A stretch of DNA of 54,360 bases, filler included, from Squatina squatina (lineage: Eukaryota), in assembly GCA_031763465.1 (NCBI GenBank). It is 3 parts of 3 records of this genome, joined end to end, with 100 filler letters (N's around TTAATTAATTAA, not from the genome) between each part and the next. Parts side by side here need not be neighbours in the genome. Positions count along the whole stretch, not along the records: positions 1 to 14,355 come from JARFOE010000046.1; 2 more parts are not named here. One strand, given 5' to 3'. The notes beneath the pieces were generated by a model that was not told the origin of the DNA, did no database searches, and saw only the letters and a program-made list of their open reading frames with translations. Below are positions 1 to 13,100 of this stretch, one piece after another. The position numbers and the translations under genes are program-made. Every line of letters starts with the position of its first letter. Position 1 is the stretch's first letter.

Positions 1-268
1 AGGTTATTGGTGATTAATTGGCACTTGATAGCACTGTTGACAACACCTACCATCACCTTGCTGATGATTGAGAGTAATTGGCGGTAATGGGCGGTAATTG
101 GCTGGATTGGATTTCTCCCTTTTTTTGTGTACCTGGGCTTTTTCCCACTTTGTCAGGTAGATGCCAGTGTTGTAGTTGGACTGGAACTGTTTAGCTCATG
201 GCTAGTTCTGGAGCAGAAGTCTTCAGCATTACAGCCGGGATGTTGTCGGGGCCTATAGCCTTTGCTAT
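1..268 (-). mobile_element. Degenerate LINE (CR1/L2-group) reverse transcriptase fragment
   Basis: The minus strand reads, with frameshifts, AKAIGPDNIPAVMLKTSAPELA...KAQVHKKREKSNPANYRP. These match the N-terminal RT motifs (GPD.IP, NYRPISL) of non-LTR retrotransposon ORF2. Confidence 0.8.
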
Positions 269-1370
269 ATATGGAGAAAATCCCTGGTCTGCCTGATATT
301 TAAATGCCTGCTGAAGCCTCACAAGTGCCACTCTACCTGCTAATCATTGCCAGTGCTCCATTAGACAGCCCACTGTGCAGGCAGATGATCAAATGGCTAC
401 ACATGCCATTAAAAAAATTATATCAAGGACGAATGGGCAAGTAAGAACTCTTGCAAAAGGCTTTCGTATCCCACAATTAACCCCGAAATAATACGCCAAC
501 AACAATGTCTAAGTTAATATATTGGATGAAACGTTAGACAAGTATTTAAGCCTCTGAGGCTATCGATAGTCATTTAATTCATTGTAATCCAAAGAGTAAT
601 AGCTTTGCTTATTAAAAATCAGCAAAAATAAATCATTCTTATTTTTGTAATATCCTATTTTAGTTAAGAAAACTATAACCATTAATCATAATTATAGGTG
701 CATAAACTTCAGAGATTGAACGCACTGTTAAATTCTAGAAAGCTGCTGCAAATGTAATGAAATGTAAAGTTTAGCAGGGAATTTGAATTTGTATTAATAC
801 ACAGAACTGTTGGCATTGTTTGAGATAATTACTTTCTACAGATTTTCTGGATCATACTTTCAGACATTCAAGCCACGGGGGAAGTTAATATCGAATGTTC
901 GCAAATGTGAATTAAATTCATAATGCATATTTCAGCACATTTGACATATTTTATTCATAATGTGATTGTAGGTAATTGATGCATTTTCTGCTAAGAAATC
1001 AATAGGAAGAGCAAATGAGAGAAGTTTGTTTAATCAGTGGGACATAATGAAGCAAACCATGGTTATTTATATAACTAAATCAATGGCCTGATGTCATAAT
1101 GCCACCAGATCTCATTAGAATAATAAGGTTGCCACTGTTTCTTAACCCAAGTCATTCACCGCTGTTCCTTGCCAACCTCACACAGATCCAATGTAATTTG
1201 TCAGTATCCAGCAAATACTTAGACTGAAGAAGTGATGTCCATTAACATCTACAATAAATTTATTGTCAGCACTAAAACAGATTTTTGACTCTTGCTAATT
1301 AATTGATTTCTAATTTGTGATTACTGCAAGCACAAGATATGTTCAGAGTGTGTCTCATAAGAATTGAGTT

Positions 1371-1592
1371 AACATAAGAACATAAAAAATAGGAGCAGGA
1401 GTAGGCTATTTGGTCCTTTGAGCCTGCTGTACCATTCAATAAGATCATGGCTGATCTGATCTTGGGCTCAACTCCACTTTCCTGCCTGTTGCCTATAACC
1501 CTTGACTCCCCTGTAGTTCAAAAATCTGTCCATCTCAGCCTTGAATATATTCAATAACTCAGCCTCCATAGCTTCATGGGCAAAGAATTCCA
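1371..1592 (-). mobile_element. CR1-type LINE 3' end
   Basis: It begins with the AACATAAGAACATAA tail and AGGAGCAGGAGTAGGC...GAGCCTGCT...CCATTCAATAAGATCATGGCTGATC. Homologous copies lie at 36012-36505 (-), 30268-30571 (+) and 49785-49915 (+). Confidence 0.8.
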
Positions 1593-2517
1593 AGGGAGGC
1601 CAATTCGAGGGAAAACATTTGGCGCGAAATCAGCGCGAAACGGGTGTAAAGGCGATTTAGGCGTAAAAAAGCGGGCGCAAAATATGGATCCCGTTCGGGC
1701 TCAAGTCCCATAAAGCTTGAAGCACTGGCTGAAGTGTAATCGTGGTGCCATGACGTCATAAGTGCGCGTGACGCCCAAAATGGCCACCCATCCGAAATTG
1801 CAGTGTCAGTGTGCACTAAATCCAGCAGTGACAGCNNNNNNNNNNNNNNNNNNNNNNNNNNNNNNNNNNNNNNNNNNNNNNNNNNNNNNNNNNNNNNNNN
1901 NNNNNNNNNNNNNNNNNNNNNNNNNNNNNNNNNNNCTGACTGAAGCACGGCAATGCTAACATCAGCGCCATGCACCAGATGCCAAGTGCTGATGAATAAC
2001 AAGGCTTCGCCCCTTTATTTAAAGGGGAGGGCTGGTACGCTAAAACTACAGCGCCTCGATGGCCGCCACTGGGCCACCAGGAACACTTCTGACTGGGCTA
2101 TCAGCCTGGCACGCTAGTCGGCATGAGGGGCTAATGGATGGTGGTCTGATTGAGGAGAGGGCTGTATCAGTCGGCCGACCCAAGAGTTGGCCAACAGAAA
2201 TAGATGGTAGCCGGTGCGCAAAGGCCCTCCCCTTCAAGGGCCATGGAGTGCGAAGCTGTCAGTGCCATCGCTGGCAGTGGGTCGCAAAAGGAGTCACTGC
2301 AGGGCGCTGAGGGGTTGGCACACACATTGATGACATGGCATNNNNNNNNNNCCGGGGGGGGGGGGTGGCCGAGCGGTCCAAAGGGCCTTGCGCCTCCGTG
2401 ACCTCCCAGGTAATTGCCCGGGAGATAGAATGGCCGCCCTGTGCCAGCCAAAATATCTATTTCACCCCGTTAGCTCCCTTTGGAGGATGGGAAAGAAAAA
2501 AAGTGCAATTTCGGCCC
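1593..2517. mobile_element. GC-rich non-autonomous DNA transposon (Harbinger-like), possibly two pieces across gaps
   Basis: An abrupt CpG-rich insertion interrupts the CR1 copy and ends in CAATTTCGGCCC. The segment 1745-1830 recurs in inverted form at about 9840-9925. Confidence 0.55.
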
Positions 2518-3471
2518 TATGATTCTATGATTGGGCCTCTAATGCTGTGTGCCTTGGAATGGTATTATGCATGTCAATGCCTGTGATTCACAATGTTTTG
2601 TTTGAATACTGTGAGTTAATAATTTTCATAAGGAAAATTTTGTTGGAGTGGGTTACTGAGCCTGACCGATAATGAAGCTGGGGTGACACACTTAATTGAA
2701 ATTACACAATTGTTGAACAGAACTGAGTGAATAACTGCCTCTGCTGATATTAGTTCAGTTTTCTCACGCTGTTAAACTCAATCTCTACTGATGCAGGTCT
2801 GTCACATGTGGCTCAGTAACTCCCGATTGCCTAATGTTATCATCACACATTAAACAAAAATTTCCAAAATCAGAAATGGGTGAAAATTAAAATTGTAGCA
2901 TTAATCAGAATTCTTTTCAACTATGGGGTAAGCACAGCGTTGATTAATTAATGTAGCTTGCTGCATCGTACAAAACTATTGCCTGCAAAGGAGCAAAACC
3001 ATGCAGCAGGTCTAAAAGGGTAGCTTCAACCTTGGCAGGACGACTTCAACTAGGAGCCATTGTAGAATTACCCAATCACACAGCAAGGGTCTTCAGCTAA
3101 GTGCCTGTCCCACACAATACAAAAAAGTCATCTGCACATGTGCCCAATATCTACAAATAAACAAGATCTCAACTATTACCCTCAGCTTTACTTCAAGATC
3201 CATGAATACCACTTCAGTCCTCCACAACTACTTCATCCTAAATTAATTCTCAGGACACATTAGAGGACAGTTAAACTCAAATTGTATTAACTGTGTGCAG
3301 CACTCCGTATTAACCCTTAGACAAAGTGTAGGGTGTATGTCTTCTATTTCCTAACCATGCACAATTGCCGGGTGCCAGTGTCTGCATTTGATATTGTGGG
3401 TGATCCAGTGCTTCCTTGTGCTGAATTAGTAGATGGTCCTGAAACAGCAGGTACTGGAGGTACAGCATACT

Positions 3472-4201
3472 GGCCCGGAATTTGCAGTCAGCAGAAAAGT
3501 GAAAGCGTTCTCTGCTGCCTCTCGAGTTTCCCTGTGTCAAGAACTTCAGGTTTTCCAACCTTCAATTCAAATCAACGGATTCCCTTGGGTGAAATGCTGT
3601 GACATCAACATGCTGCCTAAGCAGCCAATCAAAAGACAGTGAACAAGGATATGAGTAAGCTCTTACAATTCTAATTTTTAAAAAATGTTAGAGAGAGCAA
3701 AACAAAGATTGGGGCTCTCACGTGAAGAAAAGGCAAACCTGAAATAAAGATGGAAAAACTTAATTTTTTTTTTTGAAAAATCTCTTGATATTATTTTTTT
3801 TATTAAAATGGACAAATTTCACACGGGACAAAATTAAAATAGTTTTCCAGGTTGTTAACATTTATTTGACAGTCAATACGTTATTAAAACCCCAGTTGCA
3901 GCTATTCCCTTTGGGTCTAACTTTTAGTGGGGAATTTAACAGCGTACTTACTACAGAAGAGCCAAAGTTTTCATCTGTTTCCCTGATTTGAGAGATTACA
4001 AAGATTGCCGGCTCTGTGGGTTGGCGGTTGGAGGGAGGCACAGCGCAGTCTGTTTCAGAGCTGTCATTGGCAGACCGCAACTTCACGATTACCGCATGCG
4101 CCTGTGTATGTGCCAAATCCCAAAGTTGCGGTCAATTTAAAGGGTGGAATGACGGCATAACGCTGCCAGCTTGCCATCATCCTGACTGCAAATTCCACGC
4201 C
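3472..4201. mobile_element. MITE/non-autonomous DNA transposon with 20-bp terminal inverted repeats
   Basis: GGCCCGGAATTTGCAGTCAG (3472-3491) pairs with CTGACTGCAAATTCCACGCC (4182-4201), 18/20 inverted match. No credible coding region lies inside. Confidence 0.65.
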
Positions 4202-5167
4202 AATACCTACTATATTTAGAGCTATTGGAGCAGGGCAGCTACGTAGTGCAGATTTGGCATCACCCTGAGACATTATGTCTATTTGCGCCAATTCCTGCCA
4301 CACCCTTGTTGTTGTGTACTTCCTCAGTATCTTAATAAGAGTAGCTGCGAAGCAATAATGCTGTTGAAGGCTGAGGTTTCAGCTGTCCCAATCATTTTTG
4401 TCAGTAAGTTGAATCCATACAAAATATTCTCTCCATTCATTTACAGAGTTAAGTAAAAGTCTTGTCAATCAATGATTGACACATTAGTCTTCCTAGCTGC
4501 AAAATTGTACAATATCCAACATATACTGATAATTTGTGACATATATCATGGGTTTCGAACAGTAACTCTCTCCGATCTATCCAAACATTAGAATCTCTCA
4601 GCATGCCATCTGTATGTTGCACCAGAATTTGGTTGTACAGTGAAACATGTAGATTAGGGACACCTAAGGGACTTGGATCAGGTGTTCTTTATTTACAGCT
4701 GTCCTTATTTTTTAAATGGTTATTGTGTGTACAGAGAACTGGATGAGCCAAATATTCCAGAATTGGCTGTATCTCCTGCAGCATTCCTTCTTTTTTTCAC
4801 CCTCACTTGGGATTGTGCAAAATTCTGGTGTCCTGCCAGCAGGATGTGATTTCAGTTCATTTTCTGTTTGTTGGGTTTCCTAGTTCATCGCCATCACATC
4901 GACCTTTTCCATCGAGATAGGGATGTCCTGATTCCGGGATTTACTACGTTGGCTGCCTGCACAGGGCAAAGTGGCTGCTGTAGGNNNNNNNNNNATTAGG
5001 GAGAGGGGGAATGCAGAATTAATGTCTGGGACTCCCTCCCCCCGTATGCTGCAGCTGCTAATATTTGAAGTGCAGGGGGTGGGTAGGGGGGTGTTAGTAG
5101 CTCATCATTACCTGATGTACTGGTGGCGTAACGCTGCCAACTCTGGTTGGAGGCATTCCTGGACGTT

Positions 5168-5240
5168 TGATCACATGACATTCTGACCATATGACATCTG
5201 AACATGTGACATCAGATCATATGACATCGGATCAGATGAT
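5168..5240 (+). repeat. Minisatellite, ~15-bp unit x ~5
   Basis: Units TGATCACATGACATT / CTGACCATATGACAT / CTGAACATGTGACAT / CAGATCATATGACAT / CGGATCAGATGAT. Confidence 0.8.
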
Positions 5241-5639
5241 TGCCTACACATGTTATTCATTTATCTTATTACGGTTGTGTCCTCTGGAGTTGAGAATCTT
5301 TATTTGTGCTTTCAGCCAGCAGCTATTGTGTGAGAAGTTCCAAGAACCAGCAGGCAGGTAAAGAAAAGGAACTGAAGGCGGGGAAGAGGTGCAACCGAAG
5401 GCAGTGGAGAGGGGTAACTGAGGACTCCTCCCCCATTCCAGAAATGCCGAGACTCCCTGAATGACGACACCCCCAATTCCTGACTCTCCAGCACCCTCCA
5501 GAGCTCAGGACAGGGAACCATAGGTNNNNNNNNNNNNNNNNNNNNNNNNNNNNNNNNNNNNNNNNNNNNNNNNNNNNNNNNNNNNNNNNNNNNNNNNNNN
5601 NNNNNNNNNNNNNNNNNNNNNNNNNTTCCAAATAAATGT

Positions 5640-5930
5640 TATTTAACATTTTGTGCCAACTTAATATTTTGTCCAGCTCATTTTATAATTTCTGCACTGG
5701 CTTCTCTAATTCCACTGCTGCGCCTAGTTTGGTGTCGTCTACATTTTTGACTAATTTATATTGGGTTTCTAAGTCTAAATCAGTGATGTAAATTAGAAAC
5801 CGTAGTGGTCCGAACCACGATCCCTGGGGCACCTCACTTAGTACTCTTCCCGCTTTGTCATTTTACTGCTCCAATAAGTACCTGTTGTTTTCTACCCTTC
5901 AGCCAATTTCTTATCCATACTGAAGTTTTT
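5640..5930 (-). mobile_element. Old CR1-like LINE RT core fragment
   Basis: 5701-5838 (-) translates SEVPQGSWFGPLRFLIYITDLDLETQYKLVKNVDDTKLG, a decayed form of the PQGSVLGP and FADDTKL motifs. Confidence 0.8.
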
Positions 5931-7109
5931 CCCTGAATTCCCAGTTTTCAGCTTAATTTGTACCTTTTCATGTGGAAGTTTACCAAATGTGCAAAGCTGA
6001 ACAGATTGTACTCTATTCTGAGACCTACAGATGCTGCTGCCATAAGACCACCAGCACTTTGTCTCACTCAACTCATTCTGCGCACTTAGCAGCAAGGTCA
6101 CTGGAAATTAATCAGGTGCAGAAGCCCTTAAATAACTACTTTAAGTGCACAGATGGTAAAACTATGTCAGACGCTCACAAAATAGCAGTTATCTTAAAGT
6201 GAAAAACAGCTTTGAGCATATTCAGTGTCTCCATCAGGCTATTTTTCTTTCTTACCTAACTAATGAACCTATAAAGCAGAGATCACAGAAAACTATGATA
6301 GTAGAAATGATATCCACCTCCCCAAGGAGATAGCTATCTTCTCGTTAAGGCCCTGTCTATTTGAGGAACTGAGACTGATGTTTCTGCCTTGTATAATGTC
6401 CTATTAGTGCATTCTCTGTGTCATGATTCAAGTCTCCTCCCAATCAATCTGATGCTTTTCAAACCCACATTCAGCTGGGACAATCGGCTTAGTGTGACCA
6501 TGATTTAAGTTAATTTGAAATTCCTTGAGGCTCTTAGCAAGGCTCTGCTGCTTTCTCTCCAATATGCACATTAACTAGTGATGGGAATCATGTTTCCACT
6601 GAACCTTGGTCTTGAAGCTGGATTAAAGGTACAAGATTTATTCATTTGCGAAGTTGCACTAAATAACCTCGGCCATTTTGTGGTCAACAGATAACACTGT
6701 ATATTGGCATAAGACCACCTGCATTGCTCATCACTAAGCTTAAAAGGAGGTACCATGTGTCCTCTGAATCAGATCATGAGGGATCAGATACATTCTTTGT
6801 ACAGTAGTTATGCACATCCATTCCACATTTTGTGTTAGATCCATTCCATGTTTTCTAAAATACAGTAAACTAGGTCATTGACACAGGGAGTTCATCACAG
6901 TGTTGTGAACCTACAATGAAAATTAAAAAGAAATATTATCTGTAGCTACATCACCACTGTTGAACCCTGGCTAGTTTTCTTTCATAAAAAACAATTCTAT
7001 AGTGACTGCCTCACAGGTACTACTGTGTTCCAAGGAGAATGTAATTACATCTCTTTACACTTAACTCTATAATTTTCAATCCTTTTCCTAACTAGATATT
7101 TTTGTAACC

Positions 7110-7460
7110 CTTTATCTCTCCTCTAATTTTCTCCTTTCCTTTCTTGAAGGCACTGATCATCAATGGGAGCAGTTCCATGCGAACCATCCATCTTGAAGCA
7201 CCCTGCTGAAGGACAGAATCTTCATGTGAATACCATCAGGATATTCAGCATGGGGGCATTAAACTTGGTTCTGTCCTCATGCAATGTCATATGCCCACTT
7301 TCCAATGGGAATCATTGGATAGACATCTGAAGCAGGAATCCTGATTGATTTTTTTCCTAGCCTAAGGAACTGAGGCCAATTGCAACACCACTGGATGAGA
7401 TCAAGTAATACAGCACAGAACCTGGGCAGTTCTTAGTCCGTATGGCTCAGTTCCACACTG
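7110..7460 (-). mobile_element. Ancient tRNA-derived SINE
   Basis: It is homologous to 51360-51650 (-) and, inverted, to 22815-23110 (+). Shared blocks include CTGAGGCCAATTG and GCAGGAATCCTGATTGATTTT. The exact family is not determined. Confidence 0.55.
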
Positions 7461-8877
7461 GCTTCTTTAACAATAGGGTTCCTTTTTTGAAGCAGTTAAC
7501 ACAACATAAATTACTTTTGTTGGGGTCGGCTCCCTATATCTCTAACTGTGGGCAAAATGTTTTCCTAACTTCTAATTCATTAGGGGCTTCTTAATTTTAA
7601 ATGTGTGTCCTCTATTTCTGCAATTANNNNNNNNNNNNNNNNNNNNNNNNNNNNNNNNNNNNNNNNNNNNNNNNNNNNNNNNNNNNNNNNNNNNNNNNNN
7701 NNNNNNNNNNNNNNNNNNNNNNNNNNATGAAGTGTGGAGAAAACAAGGTAACGTAACGACTATGAAAATAAGAACGGCCAGTGGTCAGCACGTCCACTCG
7801 CAACCAAGAAGTAGAAAGCCAGGTGCCAGTTAAAAAATACCAAAAGTTACTCAGGAGCCCAAGTTTGAGAAATCCTGATCAACCACAGAGATCAAATATA
7901 GAAACCTGAGGTGAGTTTTTCCATCATTGATCCTCCAGCACAAACAGAAATATGACTAATTGGAATGCATGGGCAGGAGAGAAGTCCCTATAGTCTGGTG
8001 TGTGGTTATGGTCCAAAAAACAATGATCAGTCGACAGTGAAAATCTATGTCAACCTTGCCAAACTTAAGGATTTACTGTCAGTAAAGAAAGGTGTTAACC
8101 CTAAGAATTAATAGGGAGCCAAAGTTGTTTACAAAACTAGATGCTAATGCAGAATTCTGCCAATAACAGTGACCAAAATAACCAGAGTTATAACTTAATT
8201 TGGTAGATATTATTTGAAAAGAAGTTCTATTCTCTGCACTGCTATCTTTTAGTGTTAAAAAAAAATGCTTTGATAAAAAGCTTGACCTAGTTAAGTCACA
8301 GGATGCCCTGCTTACACAGTAGTGAGTCAGGTTAGACAAATTTGATCCTCAGTTAACCATTTGCCTTCTCAGATGTTTCTGATTCACACTGAACTGTCAA
8401 CAAACAAAGTAATCTTGCTGTCTGATGACTATACAGTGAAGATTATGGTTGCAGCAGATGTGCACATGCACCAGTGAACACCAAATAGTCTGTGCCTTGT
8501 ATGCAGCATGGTGGAATAACTTCAGCCTTCCTCTGGGGTTTTGGACCATGAGATGAATGTAAAACAAAACTGCAGCCAAAATTCTTTGTAACAATCGCTT
8601 CAAGGCAAATACTTCAAGTTAACATAAAAATGAAATAGTTTGGGTGAATTACCTCAAAGCATTTTATGCTCCAGGCTTGATAGCACAAACAAGACACTGA
8701 TTTGAGGTTGTTTGTTCCGCAACAAATTTTCATTGATTTCCCCACANNNNNNNNNNATTATTCAGACATTTTGCTAATTATGCTTCAAATTTTAATTTAC
8801 TGCAAATAACCTAACATGTCTGTTTTACATTGAATAATCATTGATTACTTTCTCAAAGTGGATTTTAATAGCCTAAA

Positions 8878-9200
8878 CATCCATTCCCTCCACCACCAGC
8901 ATACACCATGGTTGTAGTGTGCACTCTGTAGGATGTATTGCAGAACTCACAAAGGTCTCTTTGGTAGTACCTCCCAAACACACAACCATCACCGCCACCA
9001 CCTAGAATGCAAGGGAAGTAGGTGCAGAGGGAACACCTCCACCTCCAAGTTCCCCTCCCAACTCACAGGCCAAACTGACTCGGACATTTATCACCATTGT
9101 CACTAGGTCAAAATCCTGGAACTCGCTGCCTACCAGGAGCACCTTCACCACAGCAGGGGTTTAAGAACAAGGCTCACCACCATCTCAAGAGCAACTAAGA
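8878..9200 (+). mobile_element. LINE 3' region fragment
   Basis: CCTCCAAGTTCCCCTCCAA...GGTCAAAATCCTGGAACTC...GGCTCACCACCATCTCAAG overlaps in sequence with the 3'-end copy at 10042-10190. Confidence 0.65.
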
Positions 9201-9517
9201 ACCAACGCTGGCTCAGCTGCATTCAAGAAAACATTGTCTACACTGCGACTCGCCACCAAAAAGGTAAACTTAAAAAAAATACTTACCTAAATGTGGAGCT
9301 GGGAGGTGCAGGGCTAATCCTTTCAGGGCACCCAATTTGTGTTTTGGGTGTTTCTAGCGCTAAGCACCAAATTTCACACTGGAAATGGGACCCTTTGAAA
9401 ATTTGCCTTGAATCCTCCAATTAGCCACTTTAGATTTTGAGCCTTCAAACAGGTGCAAATGTTAATGTTAAAGGCCCATACTGAACTGAGCTTTTCGTGG
9501 TCAGCATGCAAATTCCA

Positions 9518-9605
9518 CAGTTGGCTTAAATGCTTCCAAGTATCTCACAGCCCACTTAATGTCTCAGTTGACTTAAGTGCTTCCAACTACTCACAGCCCA
9601 CTTAA
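9518..9605 (+). repeat. Tandem direct duplication (~42 bp x2), followed by short (GCTCA)n and (GGT)n runs
   Basis: CAGTTGGCTTAAATGCTTCCAAGTATCTCACAGCCCACTTAA versus CAGTTGACTTAAGTGCTTCCAACTACTCACAGCCCACTTAA. Confidence 0.8.
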
Positions 9606-10041
9606 CTGCATTCAGCTGCACATCTCCCACACACTGCTCAGCTCAGCTCAGTTCAGCTTAGCAGAGGTCAGTTTGGTGGTGGTGGTGGTGGCGGTGTTGG
9701 TCCAAGAGAGGACAGGCCAGCAGGGGCTCAGAGTGAAGTAAAGAGCACGTCACAGAGCCACTGAGCAAAGATACAATGGAGCCCAATCTGATTTGCGCTC
9801 GATTCTCTGAGCTGAGGCCCGTGTCACCGCTGAAAAATCCACTGGGTTTAGTGCACACTGACACTGTAGAATTTCGGGCGGGCAGCCATTTTGGGCACCG
9901 CGCGCACTTATGACATCATAGCGCTGTGCTAAAGTTACAGCNNNNNNNNNNNNNNNNNNNNNNNNNNNNNNNNNNNNNNNNNNNNNNNNNNNNNNNNNNN
10001 NNNNNNNNNNNNNNNNNNNNNNNNNNNNNNNNNNNNNNNNN

Positions 10042-10190
10042 CCTCCCTAACAGCACTGTGGGAGTACCTTTACCACATGGACAGCAGCGGTTCAAGGCAG
10101 CTCACCATCACCTTCTCAAGGACCACTAGGGATGGGCAATAAATGCTGGCATTGCCGGCGACACCCACATCCCAGGAACGAATTTAAAAA
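10042..10190 (+). mobile_element. LINE 3' terminus
   Basis: CCCTAACAGCACTGTGGGAGTACC...GGGATGGGCAATAAATGCTGGC...CCCACATCCCAGGAACGAATTTAAAAAA, with an A-rich tail. Confidence 0.7.
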
Positions 10191-13100
10191 ACCCATGTAA
10201 TCTGTAATCCCACCCTTGCTCCCAAATCTAGGGTCTAATTTCTTGATGGGACACTGAATTGCTTCTTTAATAACGATACAACGTGTTGAAGTAACAAAAT
10301 CACAGCATTAATTAATTCAGAAACTTTATTAAAACATACAGAAGTTAACAAAATTTCTACCATATTTCAACATTTTATGATTTGTTGTGCTCCTTTTGCA
10401 ATGCTTCTCACAAACACCAAAGATCAAATGTACATGTAAATACTGATCAAAGCAGACTAAGCACTTCAGCAACTTTCATCTGCCATGCTGATTCACCCAT
10501 TAGAATTATTGTAAGCCAACCAATTTTACTGCCTTGATGGAACTTACATCAAGAATTTGACAATTTCTTAAATACATGTTTAATTAACTGAATCATAATT
10601 TTTCTAAAAGAAAACTTGCATTGTCACTCAGGTAACAGTACCCTATTCCAGAAACTATTTCCAGTAAAAGATTTTTGAACTGAGAGATAATGCACGGACA
10701 GTTAACTGGTTCATATCTCTTGCGTTGAAGCTCGCATCTATACAAAGAAAAAACTTGGTAAACTAAAAGTTAAGTACACAATTTAAGAATATGGAATATT
10801 GCAAAATAAAATACTGTGCTTCTAATAATACATTATAAAAATCTAATAAAATGTTTTTCGCATGGAATGATGAAGCGTCGGGCAAAATAGGTATTTTGAA
10901 GTTGAGGCATTTTGCTAAGGCTGCAGGTAGTTTATATATTTTACCCTGGTTTTGGCTCAAGTATTATTTAACACTACAGGCAATAGTTTAATAGCGAAGG
11001 GTATTAAGACAAATAGTGATAGGACTCCCAAAAAAATAATTGTAATCACTTTTCATAACTACGTACCAATTTTGGTTGGAACTTTTAACATTTACCAAAC
11101 AATTAGTTGCCTATTACTAAAAATAGGTAAGTATCTTCTGCTCATTGTATATCTTTTTAGGAAACTGAATTGGATGTGACTATTAGTCAAGTATAAAATT
11201 CTGTTAAACTAGCTGGTGACAGACAGCTGTCCAGTTTTCAGACACTATAGTTTAAGAAAAGTTATTAAACTCTCAACTTGCATTTTGAAAAAACAAAACA
11301 TTTAATTTAAAATAAATTTATTTACCAACATTGGATAATCCATCAACAAATTCTCCAACTTATGTTTTCTACTTCTGTAACATCAATAAATCAGCAGGAA
11401 CAACGAGCCAATGCATAAGGCTTTCAATTAGTTACAGCTATGGTATGAATCACAAAATGTTATCTTTGGATTGTTTTCTTAAGGTGCCAACATAAAGCAA
11501 TGTTATTATAATTGCTGAATTCAGTGTTAGAAGTTTGAATTGGTTATATCCTCCTTTTAATAAATTGAGCTCTCAATTTTGGCTTCAGTCAAAACCTGGA
11601 TACTTTAGATTTTTGATTATCCAATTTTTAGGTTTGGAGGCCTTTTGAAATTAAGAAAGTGCAAAAACAGAGTAGAACTTAATCCAAGGTGGATGATCTA
11701 AATTACATCTAATGTCAAATTACAAATTATCCTCTGTACTAAATAAAATTAAATCTTGCTGCAAACTGGCGAGAAGAGCTTGCTGATTGGCTTTTTTTAA
11801 TTAAATGCTTTTGGAAATAGTTATCTAGGGGGAAAAAATTCATTAAAGGGCAAGTGATTATTGTGACATCACTATGTACATTTATTTGCTAATTGAACCA
11901 GAAACATCTAACTGTACGTTACCTCTTAGTATGAAAATTACTCTCAAGTCATCTAGCATTTTCAGATGTTTTATTTGAAAATCCTTATTCTGGTTCACTA
12001 CAATAAAAGATGTGTTTGAGCAGCACGCTTGTCACAATCTCAATCAACCAGTTAGCAAAAGTGCTGATGAAGCAGTTTATCCCAAGCAACATCCTTGGGA
12101 ATCTTAAGCTGGTAGCCATCACAGAGTTCAATTCACCAATCACGAAGGATGTACTAGGGCAATTGTCTGAAGGGTTGCATGTGTGCCAAGTCCAATGTTC
12201 AGAGTGTTATTGAATGCTTACGTGTTGCAGTTCCAAAAGGTTTGGTGAAAGTGATCATCATATTGTGCTCTCAGACAGTGATGGCAATGAAATGGATACC
12301 ATTTGTCTCCATTATACATAAGAACTATTTCATGTGGTTTAGTTATTTGTTACATAAGAGAGTATATGATGACTCCGTTGACTCTTATTGTATTTGTATT
12401 GATTTGTCTTGTTCTCCTTGCACTAGTGAACAGATTAGTTGATGTTTGTGGTGGCAGGTTAGACATGTTTATGTATTTCATATAAAAAACAAGAGTTCAT
12501 GTAAAACAGATCTTGTGATTCTTATTCTTCAAGCTAGTAAGTGTATCGTGCACTTATCAAGAATTCCATTGTATATGCACCCCACAACACATTTGCTGGA
12601 TAGCATGTGATTTAAGTAATGTGTTTACAATATTATAATGTACTTAAAGTAACTCATGTTGTGAGCTCTTTTCAAGTGGATTTCGAATAAATAGAGGAGC
12701 ACCAAATACTCTGGAACAAATTAAACAAAAACAATCAGTATGGATCTCAGCGCCACTTCATGCATGTACAAGTGAGCATGACTTGAGCTCAAGTACTTCA
12801 AGCTAAACCATGACAGGAGGACAAGGGGGCACAGGTCTAAACTAGCAACTTAGAACTGAAGTCTAGAAGAATGTCCCTGTACAGACAGCAATCCGCACTG
12901 GGAATAAATGGAATAGACTGCAGGGGAAGAGAAGCAGAGCCAAAAACTGATGGGAGAACTGATGATTAGGCTTGTCTTTTGCTACAAACAGGCTATGTAA
13001 GAATCGGGCCAAAATGGTGGGTTTTTAAGATCATAAAACCGGGACCACGCACCAAGGAACAAAATGGTGGACATGGGTCAGGAATNNNNNNNNNNNNNNN

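Noticed and set aside
3310-3642. Three overlapping ORFs of 69-89 aa
   Set aside because: They show no homology or consistent splice phase, and they overlap a MITE end.
5168-9605. CRISPR-like arrays at the short repeats (5168-5240, 9518-9605)
   Set aside because: There are no unique spacers between constant repeats, no cas genes, and the context is vertebrate.
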